A stretch of 50,155 bases of DNA from Candidatus Zhuqueibacterota bacterium (GTDB lineage: Bacteria > Zhuqueibacterota > Zhuqueibacteria > Zhuqueibacterales > Geothermadaptataceae): positions 1-50,155 of the forward strand of contig WFVT01000032.1 in the NCBI GenBank assembly GCA_015491485.1, read 5' to 3'. The notes under the pieces were generated by a model, which had not been told where the DNA came from, made no database searches, and saw only the letters and a list, made by a program, of their open reading frames with translations. Positions 28,762 through 37,721 of this stretch are shown here, piece after piece; position 1 is the first letter of the stretch, and each line of letters begins with the position of its first letter. A program made the translations under genes and the position numbers.

Positions 28762-30036
28762 ATGGCTCAGTTTCATCGCATCAAAGGAACTCATGATATT
28801 TTGCCGCAAGACGCCCGAAAATGGCGCTATGTTGAGGGCGTGGTGCAGGAAGTCATGCAGCGGTACAATTTCAGCGAAATCCGGACGCCGATTTTCGAGG
28901 AAACCGCCTTGTTTGCACGGGGCATCGGGCAATTGACCGATATCGTTTCCAAGGAAATGTACACCTTCCTGGATCGCGGCGAAAAATCGCTGACCCTGAA
29001 GCCGGAAGGCACGGCGCCGGTCATTCGGGCATTCATTGAACACAATTTGGGAGAAAAAAAACCGGTTCACAAATTGTACTACATCAGCCCCATGTTCCGG
29101 CAAGAAAATCCTCAGGCCGGCCGCTTGCGCCAATTCCATCAATTCGGGGCGGAGCTGATCGGCTCACCGGCGCCGGAAGCCGATGTGGAAACCATTGCGC
29201 TGGCGGTGGATATTTATGAGCGGTTTGGGCTGAAACAGTTTACTTTGAAAATCAACAGTGTGGGCGATGCCGCTTGCCGGGTGCCCTATAAAGAGCAATT
29301 GCAGGCATTCTTACGTCCCCGGCTGGATAAGCTGTGCCGCTCGTGTCAGGAGCGGTTCGAAAAAAATCCGCTGCGGATTCTGGATTGCAAAGAAGAAGGC
29401 TGCCGAGAGCAAACCGCCGAAGCACCTCGCATCACCGACCACCTGTGCGAGGCATGCCACCACCATTTCGAGGCGGTGAAAACTCTGCTGAACCGGCTGG
29501 AGATTGCTTTCGAGGTGGATCACCGGCTGGTTCGCGGTTTGGATTATTATACGAGAACCGCTTTTGAAATTATCAGTGGTTCATTGGGGGCACAGAATGC
29601 GCTGGGCGGCGGCGGCCGCTACGACTTGCTGGCTGAAGAACTGGGTGGGAAGCCTACACCTTCGGTGGGGTTTGCCGCCGGCATCGAACGACTGCTTATG
29701 GTACTTGAAAAGGAGAACTTGTTGCCCGAGTTTCAGGAAGGCCCGGATGTGTTCATTGCGACCCTCGGAGAAGCGGCAAAGACCTGGGCTATCCCCGCCG
29801 CGCGTCGGCTCCGCCGGCAAGGCTTCAAAGTGGATTACGATTTTATGGGACGGAGCCTGAAAGCACAGATGAAAGAAGCCAACCGTTCGGGAGCGCGTTT
29901 TGCGTTGATTGTGGGCGATAATGAACTGCAGGCCGGAGAAGTGGTGTTGCGTGACCTTGCGACCAGCGAACAGGAAACGGTCGCCATGGATACCATAGAT
30001 GAAATGCTCCGGCAACGGACGGCCAGTCAGTCTTGA
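28762..30036 (+). CDS. hisS: Histidine--tRNA ligase
   Basis: KGTHD, TPIFEET, KEMYTF, LKPEGTA, GRLRQFHQ, LVRGLDYYT, GGGRYD, GFAAGIER, anticodon-binding domain. Confidence 0.98.
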   Translation: MAQFHRIKGTHDILPQDARKWRYVEGVVQEVMQRYNFSEIRTPIFEETALFARGIGQLTDIVSKEMYTFLDRGEKSLTLKPEGTAPVIRAFIEHNLGEKKPVHKLYYISPMFRQENPQAGRLRQFHQFGAELIGSPAPEADVETIALAVDIYERFGLKQFTLKINSVGDAACRVPYKEQLQAFLRPRLDKLCRSCQERFEKNPLRILDCKEEGCREQTAEAPRITDHLCEACHHHFEAVKTLLNRLEIAFEVDHRLVRGLDYYTRTAFEIISGSLGAQNALGGGGRYDLLAEELGGKPTPSVGFAAGIERLLMVLEKENLLPEFQEGPDVFIATLGEAAKTWAIPAARRLRRQGFKVDYDFMGRSLKAQMKEANRSGARFALIVGDNELQAGEVVLRDLATSEQETVAMDTIDEMLRQRTASQS

Positions 30037-30159
30037 TGCCGCGTGATGCGGATCGACCGGGCAACCCCTGCCGCCAGGTGCCGAAAAATTCACTGCAAAA
30101 CGGCGAGGTTTGCAAGTACATTAAGGGAAACATCCGGTCAATCAGAGAAGGCGAATTTC

Positions 30160-30951
30160 ATGGAAGATATGCTGTCACGGAGCGATGTGAAGACGCTGGC
30201 CAGGCTACAGCAGAAGAAATTCCGCCTGGCCGAGCAGAAAATTTTGGTTGAAGGACCACGCTTAATCATCGAAGCCTTGCGCTCCGACTGGACGGTTGAA
30301 AAGCTGGTGTACACAGGGGATTTCCGCAATCGCCCCCTCGCAGACGATTTGCTTGATATCGCCCGCAGCAAAAACATACGGGCTTTTGAGGTTTCGCGTG
30401 CTGAATTTAAAAAACTCTCTGATACCGTTCATCCGCAGGGAGTCCTGGCGGTTGTCCAGATCAAGCGATGGCCTTTCACGCCGATCGAGCTGTTGGAGCA
30501 GACGGCCAGAAATCTATTTATTGCCATCGAACGGCTTCAGGATCCCGGTAACCTCGGCACCATCATCCGCTGTGCAGAGTGGCTCGGCGCCAATGCGGTG
30601 GTGGTGGGGCCCGAATGCGTCGAATGGGGAAATCCCAAAGCCTTGCGAGCCAGCATGGGGGCGGTATTTTATATTCCGGTTTTTGAGATCGAAGATTTTT
30701 ACGAATTTCTGGCTGAAGCGAAGCGGCGTGGCGCCGTATTTTATGCTGCTGATCAGCAGGGGGATTTTCCGTATTCCACCTTGCGCTATGCTCCCAAAAA
30801 AGTTTTGCTTCTGGGGGAAGAGGCACGCGGTTTATCCGAAGACAGTTTGAAATATGCGGATTACAAAATCGCCATCCCCAAGCGTGGGAAAATGGAGTCT
30901 CTCAACGTGTCGATAGCTGCAGCGATTCTAATGGCGGAAATGGTACGGTAA
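30160..30951 (+). CDS. TrmH/SpoU-family RNA methyltransferase
   Basis: VEG, HPQG, QDPGNLGTIIR, RASMG, GEEARG, ESLNV. Confidence 0.93.
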   Translation: MEDMLSRSDVKTLARLQQKKFRLAEQKILVEGPRLIIEALRSDWTVEKLVYTGDFRNRPLADDLLDIARSKNIRAFEVSRAEFKKLSDTVHPQGVLAVVQIKRWPFTPIELLEQTARNLFIAIERLQDPGNLGTIIRCAEWLGANAVVVGPECVEWGNPKALRASMGAVFYIPVFEIEDFYEFLAEAKRRGAVFYAADQQGDFPYSTLRYAPKKVLLLGEEARGLSEDSLKYADYKIAIPKRGKMESLNVSIAAAILMAEMVR

Positions 30952-30960
30952 AGGGCATTC

Positions 30961-31809
30961 ATGGAGCAATATAACGATCAACCGAAAATGTATCCATCGC
31001 CGGGCGAAGCCTTTGGCATCCTGATTTTGACATTTTTCCTGACCATCCTGCTGGTTCCAGCTCTCCGCATGGCTTTTGGATTTGATCCCCAAAGCAAATG
31101 GAGCCTGTTCTGGAGCGAACTGTTTATGATCGTTCCAGCGGTTGTGATACTGGCACGCCGCCGGTATTCGCTTTCCATGGTACTGCGTCTCCGTCCGGTT
31201 AGCGGCCGGGTCTTGCTGCTGAGCGTTTTTATCGGTTTCACCCTGTCGATCATCGGCGACGAGCTGGAACGGCTGACCCATTTCATCCTTCCTTTACCGA
31301 AGGAGCTGGAATCTCTGTTTTCATCCGAATTGCTCAAAAATATTCTGACTGCCAACAGCCTGCCGGAATGGATTTTACTGATCGCCACCCTGATGATATT
31401 TGCCGGTTTGTTTGAGGAAATGCTGTTCCGGGGGATGTTACAAAACGCTTTAGAAGATCGGATGGATATTACCCGCGCCGTGATTTCGACGGCCATTATC
31501 TTCAGTCTGATCCATTTTAATCCATATTGGGTGGTTCCGATTGCCATTTTGGGGGTGTTTTTGGGTGTGCTGGCATGGAAAAGCCAATCCATTTTTCCCA
31601 GCGCCATTGTTCATGCCGTCAATAACGGCATGGCGCTTCTTGCCGCCAACCTTCCTGAAGAGCGGACACAGATATTTGTTTGGAACGGCCATGTCCATCC
31701 GCTGATTCTTCTCGCTGCCGGAGTGGGGTTGTATTATGGCATGCGGCTGTTTTACCGCTTCGTGGAGGAAGACACCGAAATCCCGACATTTTTAAATCAA
31801 CCCCTGTAA
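30961..31809 (+). CDS. CPBP/CAAX-protease (Abi) family intramembrane metalloprotease
   Basis: EEMLFRG, FSLIH, HAVNN motifs in a multi-TM protein. Confidence 0.92.
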   Translation: MEQYNDQPKMYPSPGEAFGILILTFFLTILLVPALRMAFGFDPQSKWSLFWSELFMIVPAVVILARRRYSLSMVLRLRPVSGRVLLLSVFIGFTLSIIGDELERLTHFILPLPKELESLFSSELLKNILTANSLPEWILLIATLMIFAGLFEEMLFRGMLQNALEDRMDITRAVISTAIIFSLIHFNPYWVVPIAILGVFLGVLAWKSQSIFPSAIVHAVNNGMALLAANLPEERTQIFVWNGHVHPLILLAAGVGLYYGMRLFYRFVEEDTEIPTFLNQPL

Positions 31810-31914
31810 TGTAAAATTTCTCCACATGCTGAAAATCTGTTCCGCACCTCCTCTAAGATGTCTCTAAAATCTAACGGTAAGCTTTAACAGAAACCTCACA
31901 ATGGGCAGGCATCG

Positions 31915-32304
31915 ATGAACCGAATCATCATCCTGAATGAGGAGCTGGAGTCGCAAATGAGGATGTATTTGGCACTATGCGATCGTTACCGTGTTGAAAT
32001 TGCCGAGGATGAAGCGAACTTGATGCGGATGATTCGCAGGAAAAATCCCAAATTGGTTTTTATTGATGCGGATTACAGTGGTTTTAATGGTAATGGAAAA
32101 ACAATTTTTAAAACCATTGAGAAGATCAAAAAAAAGTACAGGGATCTCAAGGTCATTGCCATCACAGGCAATCATGACCGCAGGATGCTGGAACGTGTCC
32201 GCGAGGTGGGAGGGGATGGTGTGCTGCTACGCCCATTTCACGAAGACGAGGTGATCGAAAGCGTGGACCGCTTTTTCCCAAGTTTGGATTCCGTATTGAG
32301 CTGA
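31915..32304 (+). CDS. Single-domain response regulator (atypical receiver)
   Basis: CheY-like pattern IIILNEE...LVFIDAD...VIAITG...VLLRPF. Acidic pocket altered and conserved Lys replaced by Arg. Confidence 0.8.
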   Translation: MNRIIILNEELESQMRMYLALCDRYRVEIAEDEANLMRMIRRKNPKLVFIDADYSGFNGNGKTIFKTIEKIKKKYRDLKVIAITGNHDRRMLERVREVGGDGVLLRPFHEDEVIESVDRFFPSLDSVLS

Positions 32305-32394
32305 TCTGAACACCGCAGGGATGCGGTGCCGGTGCGATCGGCCCGGCCTTCAATCAGGGCCACAGCCTTTTATGCGACTCCTGACATTCACCAG

Positions 32395-32427
32395 GGCTGT
32401 TTCTCTTATGAGAGACAGCCTTTTTTT
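32395..32427 (+). terminator. Intrinsic terminator
   Basis: GGCTGTTTCTC-TTAT-GAGAGACAGCC followed by T7. Confidence 0.8.
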
Positions 32428-32575
32428 ATTTGTTTTTTGGAAAACTTTTTATAGTTTTTAGCTGAAAAATTGGGCTGTGAACCATCATAACGAGCCTCAC
32501 CCATCACCTGCAATTCTAATAAAATGGAGCGTGCAACAGGGGGCAAGGACGAAAACAAGCAGCAGGGATAAGGCA

Positions 32576-32953
32576 ATGAAACGCATTCTGGTTTTGGAAG
32601 ATGAGGAAAACCTGTGCCGTTTATATCAGCAGGTTTTGACGGAAGAAGGCTTCGCCGTGGTCATCGCGAAAGACCGCGATACCGCCTTGAATTTGCTGGA
32701 ACGGTATCCGTGTGATCTGGCCGTTGTGGATATTAAGCTGGGAACAGAAAACGGGCTGGATTGCATACAAGAGATGCTTCAGCGGAAAAAAGATTTGCGC
32801 ATTATTATTCATTCGGCCTACGCCGTGTATAAACAGGACTTTTCAAGCTGGTCTGCAGATGCCTATTTGCTGAAATCGTCTGATATTGACGAACTGGTAC
32901 AAACGATACACCGCTTATTAAAAGCCCCAAAGGCCAAAGCGAACATCGTTTGA
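32576..32953 (+). CDS. Single-domain response regulator (CheY-like receiver)
   Basis: ILVLEDE, VVDIKL, IIHSAY, YLLKSSD. Confidence 0.9.
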   Translation: MKRILVLEDEENLCRLYQQVLTEEGFAVVIAKDRDTALNLLERYPCDLAVVDIKLGTENGLDCIQEMLQRKKDLRIIIHSAYAVYKQDFSSWSADAYLLKSSDIDELVQTIHRLLKAPKAKANIV

Positions 32954-32996
32954 TCGCTCCACGGATACAGGGAACGATATATGGGAGGGAAGGCCA

Positions 32997-33806
32997 TTGA
33001 GTGAAACTCGTACTTGTCCGGTCTGTCTGAAAACGTTGCCGGATGATCTGCAAGCTCAGTTCTGTCCTTATTGTGGCGCCACCCTGATTGAAACCGAGTC
33101 CTCCTCTACGGCGATTCCGACAGAAGCATCTGGCGGAGACCGTGATTCTCAGGTTCCGCCGGGCCGGAAAGGCATCCCCTGGGAAGAAACGTCGGCCTAT
33201 CCCGATTTTATTCAGCGGTTGACCCAAACATGGTCGCAATCGATGCTGCAGACGGGGGAATTTTTCCGGCAGATGCGTTTGGAAACCGGGGCAGGGCCGG
33301 CGCTGCTCTATGCGTTGATAATGATCATCATGGGGCAGGCGTTTAATGTATTCTGGCAGCAGTTTTTCGCCCATCGTTTTACAGAATATTTTGAAGATTT
33401 TTCTCCTTTCGTCGAACATTTGATGGCCGTTTCGGGAGCGCAGCAACTCGTGCTGGGGCCGTTGCTGGCTCTATTGGGATTGTTTGTTGGGACACTTATT
33501 TACCACCTTTCTCTGGTGATCGTGGGTGGCGCCCGGCATGGCATGGCTACCACATTCCGTGTGCTGGCCTATGCCGAAAGCACGCAACTGCTTATGGTGA
33601 TTCCACTTCTGGGACAGTTCATTGCCATGGTGTGGAGTATCGTGATTATGATCATTGGTTTTAAGGAAGCTCATGAAACCACTATGGGCCGGTCTGTTCT
33701 GGCTGTGCTTTTACCGATCCTGTTTTGCTGCGCCCTGATTTTGATCATGGTGATGTTGGTCGGCGGCGTTCTCATGAATTTGAATTCGGGCGATGCCATT
33801 CAATAG
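32997..33806 (+). CDS. Zinc-ribbon plus YIP1-family membrane protein
   Basis: TTG start after a GGGAGG RBS. CPVC...CPYC, IPWE, five TM helices with TFRVLAYA and GFKEAH. Confidence 0.82.
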   Translation: MSETRTCPVCLKTLPDDLQAQFCPYCGATLIETESSSTAIPTEASGGDRDSQVPPGRKGIPWEETSAYPDFIQRLTQTWSQSMLQTGEFFRQMRLETGAGPALLYALIMIIMGQAFNVFWQQFFAHRFTEYFEDFSPFVEHLMAVSGAQQLVLGPLLALLGLFVGTLIYHLSLVIVGGARHGMATTFRVLAYAESTQLLMVIPLLGQFIAMVWSIVIMIIGFKEAHETTMGRSVLAVLLPILFCCALILIMVMLVGGVLMNLNSGDAIQ

Positions 33807-34233
33807 AATATCAGATCAAAACGCCATGTCCTGGATACGGAGAGAGCCGGCTCCTCGTTTTGAGTTCCATGCCGGTTGGATTTTCCTGGGAGCCGCGCTA
33901 ACCGGATGGCTGCTGTTAAAAACATGGCCTCAGGTTGTTTTTATTTCCTGTCCCTGGAAACAGGGGTTGGGGTATCCTTGCCCTACATGCGGCACCACCC
34001 GGTCGGTGCTTTCTCTCATGCAGTTTCAGCTTTTGGACGCGTTTCGTTACAATCCTCTCATCACCGGGACGATTTTGGTGGGAGTGGGTACCGGCATAGC
34101 CGCATTGTATCAGGCCGTCACCGGGCAAAGATGGGTGCTTTCGCGCCGTCCCGGGAAGGGGGTGCGCTGGGCATTGTTGTGGGCGATCATCATCGTTGCA
34201 AATGAGGCTTATTTGATTCTGAATGGGATTTAG
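33793..34233 (+). CDS. DUF2752-family membrane protein
   Basis: CPWKQGLGYPCPTCGTTRS...AFRYNP motif. Confidence 0.85.
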   Translation: MPFNRISDQNAMSWIRREPAPRFEFHAGWIFLGAALTGWLLLKTWPQVVFISCPWKQGLGYPCPTCGTTRSVLSLMQFQLLDAFRYNPLITGTILVGVGTGIAALYQAVTGQRWVLSRRPGKGVRWALLWAIIIVANEAYLILNGI

Positions 34234-34376
34234 ATTTCACCAACAAATATATCTCTGGCAGCCAATCCATGGTAACACGTTCTCAGCAAACATGTTCACC
34301 CCGCATGACACTTTGAAACCTGACTGGAGCTCGGAAATCAACCATTCAAACCCGCTGAATGAAACAGGAAAATTCT

Positions 34377-35225
34377 ATGCTGATAGGGATTACCGTAAGC
34401 CATTTTGATGGCATCCGGCCTTCACGGCTGCTGCGCATCGCTCAGAAAATGGGCGTGGAGTTTGTTGAATTTAACCGATCCCTGATCGAGGATATTGAAG
34501 AAGTGGCCAGCCGGATGGGAGACACACAGAGCGGCTATCATCTCCCACTGGCTGAAGAGGATGGCTTTGATTTTTCCTATCACCATTATGAACGACAGAT
34601 CGATGAGGTGGTTCGGGCGCTTAACCAATATGCCCGGCCACTGAATTTACGCTATGCGCTGACGCATCCCCCGCAGCCGGAGCTGGTCTCCCAGGAGATC
34701 GAATCCTCGATTGAATTCTGGGTGCAGAATTTGAAAAAACTCGAGGTTCCCATTCTCCTCGAAAATGTCGTCAACTGGGGCGAAAGTGATTTTGACAATC
34801 TGATTCGGCATTTGAGAAGTGAATTGGGATCACAATTCTGGGGCGTATGTTTCGATGGGCCGCACAGTCTGCTGGAGGGAGAAGATGTTTTTAGTCGCTT
34901 TCGTGCCCTGGCGCCACACATCCGCTGTTTGCACCTTTCGGACTGCAGCCAAACCGAAGACCTGCATTTGCCGTTTGGCATGGGAGGGGCTTTCCCCATT
35001 CGGGAGTTTTTAAAGACTTTGAAAGCGTCCGGGATTGATGCCATTGTCAATCTGGAAATCAACCCCGGCTCGCTGGATAACCTGCGGCAGCTCATCGAGA
35101 GTTATTTGCTGGTGATGAAGTATTTGCAGCCCGGCCGGTATTATATGACCAAAGCCGGGCTGTTGTGGAAAGTCCCTGCCGTAAAAAAAGAGCTGTCGCG
35201 CATCCTTGCCGAAGCGGAAGTTTAA
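34377..35225 (+). CDS. Sugar-phosphate isomerase/epimerase / AP endonuclease 2 TIM-barrel protein
   Basis: GYHLP, LTHPP, LLEN, CFDGPH, LHLSD, DLHLPFG, NLE metal motifs. Confidence 0.8.
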   Translation: MLIGITVSHFDGIRPSRLLRIAQKMGVEFVEFNRSLIEDIEEVASRMGDTQSGYHLPLAEEDGFDFSYHHYERQIDEVVRALNQYARPLNLRYALTHPPQPELVSQEIESSIEFWVQNLKKLEVPILLENVVNWGESDFDNLIRHLRSELGSQFWGVCFDGPHSLLEGEDVFSRFRALAPHIRCLHLSDCSQTEDLHLPFGMGGAFPIREFLKTLKASGIDAIVNLEINPGSLDNLRQLIESYLLVMKYLQPGRYYMTKAGLLWKVPAVKKELSRILAEAEV

Positions 35226-35767
35226 CCGAACAGCAAGCGGCAGATAAAAACCGCCGCAAAAATACCGGCGGCATCGGCAATAAGCCCGGAAGCCACGGCA
35301 TGCCGCGTCTTTTTGATATTGACCGCACCGAAATAAACGGCAAGAACATAAAATGTTGTTTCCGTGCTGCCATAAATGGTGGAGGCCAGATAGCCAATAA
35401 AACTATCGGGGCCGTGCGTTTTAATCAGTTCAGTGACTATGCCGAGGGTACCGCTTCCCGATAGCGGCCGCATGAACGCTGCCGGCAGCACCTCGGCCGG
35501 CATGCCGATGAGATCGGTGATCGGGGATACCAGGCGGACGAAAATCTCCATAGCCCCGGATGCCCGGAACATGCCGATAGCCGCCAGGATCGCCACCAGA
35601 TAGGGGATGATCTTGACCGCAATTTCAAAGCCTTCCTTTGCACCCTCGATGAACGTTTCATACACTTTTACCCCTTTGGCAAAACCGTACACCGGAATGC
35701 CGACCAGCATGATCGGAATCGCCCAGTCCGAAATGATCTGCATGATGTTTTTGAAAAGCTCGCCCAT
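35222..35767 (-). CDS. spmB: SpmB-family (nucleoside-recognition gate) membrane protein
   Basis: VYETFIEGAKEG, RPLSGSG, HGPDS, GSTETTFYVLAVYFG. Confidence 0.9.
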   Translation of the reverse strand: MGELFKNIMQIISDWAIPIMLVGIPVYGFAKGVKVYETFIEGAKEGFEIAVKIIPYLVAILAAIGMFRASGAMEIFVRLVSPITDLIGMPAEVLPAAFMRPLSGSGTLGIVTELIKTHGPDSFIGYLASTIYGSTETTFYVLAVYFGAVNIKKTRHAVASGLIADAAGIFAAVFICRLLFG

Positions 35768-35785
35768 GAGTCTGTCTCCGACGGT

Positions 35786-36424
35786 TTACAATGAATTTGA
35801 ATCACCGGAAGATTCTGAAGCCGCTTTCATTGGATCCGTATTTCTAAAGGCGGGGAGTTTTCCCAGAAGAATGGCCGTGATGACTCCCACGGCGGTTGCG
35901 GTGGCCGAGGCAAAAATGGTGGTGAAAATGATGCCGAACGGATCCTGCGAACCGGTGGCCACCCGCACGCCGATCATAGTGGCTGGAATTAATGTGATGC
36001 TGGCCGTATTCAGGGTCAGAAAAAGCACCATGGCATTGGTGGCCGTATCTTTTTGTGGATTTAGCGTCTGGAGTTCTTCCATGGCTTTAATGCCCAACGG
36101 TGTGGCGGCATTGCCCAGGCCAAGCCAGTTCGCGGCAATGTTCATGATCATCGCGCCCATGGCCGGGTGTTCCGACGGGACGTCCGGAAACAGCCGCCGG
36201 GTGATGGGCCGGATCAATCGCGCCAGAAGCCTGATGAGTCCGGCTTCTTCTGCGATGCGCATGATGCCCAGCCACAGCGCCATGATGCCGATCAAGCCGA
36301 TGGAAATATCCACCGCTGTTTTGGACATGTTCACGGCTTCTTTCCCGACATCAGCCATATTGCCGTTGACCGCCGCCACGATCAGGGCAATCACGATCAA
36401 TCCAAGCCAGACATAATTCAGCAT
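35786..36424 (-). CDS. spmA: SpmA-family (nucleoside-recognition gate) membrane protein
   Basis: MLNYVW, LWLGIMRIAEEAGL, ANWLGLGNAATPLG, LNTAS. GGAGG RBS. Confidence 0.9.
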   Translation of the reverse strand: MLNYVWLGLIVIALIVAAVNGNMADVGKEAVNMSKTAVDISIGLIGIMALWLGIMRIAEEAGLIRLLARLIRPITRRLFPDVPSEHPAMGAMIMNIAANWLGLGNAATPLGIKAMEELQTLNPQKDTATNAMVLFLTLNTASITLIPATMIGVRVATGSQDPFGIIFTTIFASATATAVGVITAILLGKLPAFRNTDPMKAASESSGDSNSL

Positions 36425-36804
36425 ACATTCCTCCTGCCGGTTCTTTTTTAAAACAGTAATCATGATGAAGCTTCACGGGCTTCAACCGGTTCCCAACATG
36501 AAGCGTTTTGGACACGCATGAATCGTCTCAGTGTGTCGGATTCAGAAATCACGCCGGGATGGTACGAATTTTTGCAGTTAAAACTAATATTTTTTGGAAC
36601 AGGGACAAGCAAAAAAGCCGCGAAGCCGCAGAAAAATTGTATTGTGATCCGGGGAGCGGTTACGTATATTTATCCGATTGCTTTCAGGGCAATGCGGTTG
36701 ATAAGGGCAATGAAACGATGACGCCACTCTGCCCGATGGATTGAATCGATGGGCAAGGCGTAATTCCAATTGCAGCGGCGTAGAGGGAGATAAAGGAGGA
36801 AACG

Positions 36805-37146
36805 GTGAAACTGGGATACATCGAATACATGGATTGCGCGCATTATCTGCCCGGTCATCCCAAATGCGGGACCTTGCACGGGCATACGTATAAAGTTGAA
36901 ATCGTCATCGAGGGGGAAAAAAAGAACGGCATGATTATGGATTTTGGTGATCTGAAGCTGGTTCTGAAAGAGGTTCTCGCCGAGTACGACCATCGTTCAC
37001 TCAACGATTTTCTCGATTATCCATCCGTGGAAAACATCGCAGAAATGTTGCAGGCAAAATTGAAAAACCGGCTCGCGTTCCCTTTTCTATTACGCGTGTG
37101 GGAAGGCGAGGGAAAGTGGTGCGAAATTGACAGCCGAGAAGGTTAG
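36805..37146 (+). CDS. queD: 6-carboxytetrahydropterin synthase (QueD/PTPS)
   Basis: AH-L...[37 protein letters not shown] start after AAGGAGG. Confidence 0.92.
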   Translation: MKLGYIEYMDCAHYLPGHPKCGTLHGHTYKVEIVIEGEKKNGMIMDFGDLKLVLKEVLAEYDHRSLNDFLDYPSVENIAEMLQAKLKNRLAFPFLLRVWEGEGKWCEIDSREG

Positions 37147-37157
37147 AGGAGAAGCCT

Positions 37158-37577
37158 ATGAAACATTTGACCGAATACCTCTGGTTTGAAACGCCGGAAC
37201 GGCGGGCTTACATCAACATCACGCCGCAGATTGAAGCCCTGGTGGAAAAAAGCGGGGTGCAAGAAGGCCTGGTGCTGGTCGCCGCCCAACACATCACCGC
37301 ATCGGTATTTATTAATGATGACGAACCGGGGCTCATCCGTGATTTTGATGATTGGCTGGAAGGCCTTGCCCCTCACGAGCCGATTTCGAAATACCGCCAC
37401 AACCGCACGGGGGAAGACAACGCGGATGCCCATCTGAAACGGCAGGTCATGGGGCGGGAAGTGGTGGTGCCGATCACCAAAGGAAAATTGGACTTCGGCC
37501 CCTGGGAACAGATTTTCTACGGTGAGTTCGACGGGCGCCGCCGTAAACGCGTTGTGGTCAAAATTATCGGAGAATAG
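37158..37577 (+). CDS. yjbQ: YjbQ (UPF0047) family protein
   Basis: [40 protein letters not shown]. Confidence 0.92.
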   Translation: MKHLTEYLWFETPERRAYINITPQIEALVEKSGVQEGLVLVAAQHITASVFINDDEPGLIRDFDDWLEGLAPHEPISKYRHNRTGEDNADAHLKRQVMGREVVVPITKGKLDFGPWEQIFYGEFDGRRRKRVVVKIIGE

Positions 37578-37616
37578 TCCGGGTTGTTAAGAATTGTACA
37601 CGTTTGTGCTTATTTC

Positions 37617-37645
37617 TTGACATTCCTGCCATAGTGCAATATATT
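37617..37645 (+). promoter_or_regulatory. sigma70-type promoter (TTGACA-N17-TATATT)
   Basis: Perfect -35 and near-consensus -10 with a 17-bp spacer, upstream of the PP2C-TPR gene. Confidence 0.7.
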
Positions 37646-37721
37646 CTAAAGATTTATTGCACCAGGGGGCTGCAGTAGATTTCGGCGACGCATGTTTTCA
37701 TTCAGGAAAATGTGGGTGGAG

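Noticed and set aside
30961-31809. Abi/CPBP gene as phage defence or bacteriocin immunity
   Set aside because: Single gene in a housekeeping operon, with no precursor peptide or defence neighbours.
35222-36424. spmA/spmB as evidence of sporulation
   Set aside because: SpmAB/gate-domain pairs are widespread in non-sporulating bacteria, and no other sporulation genes are present.
36805-37577. queD as part of a 7-deazaguanine DNA-modification (dpd) defence island
   Set aside because: No dpdA, queC, queE or folE nearby, and the context is housekeeping.
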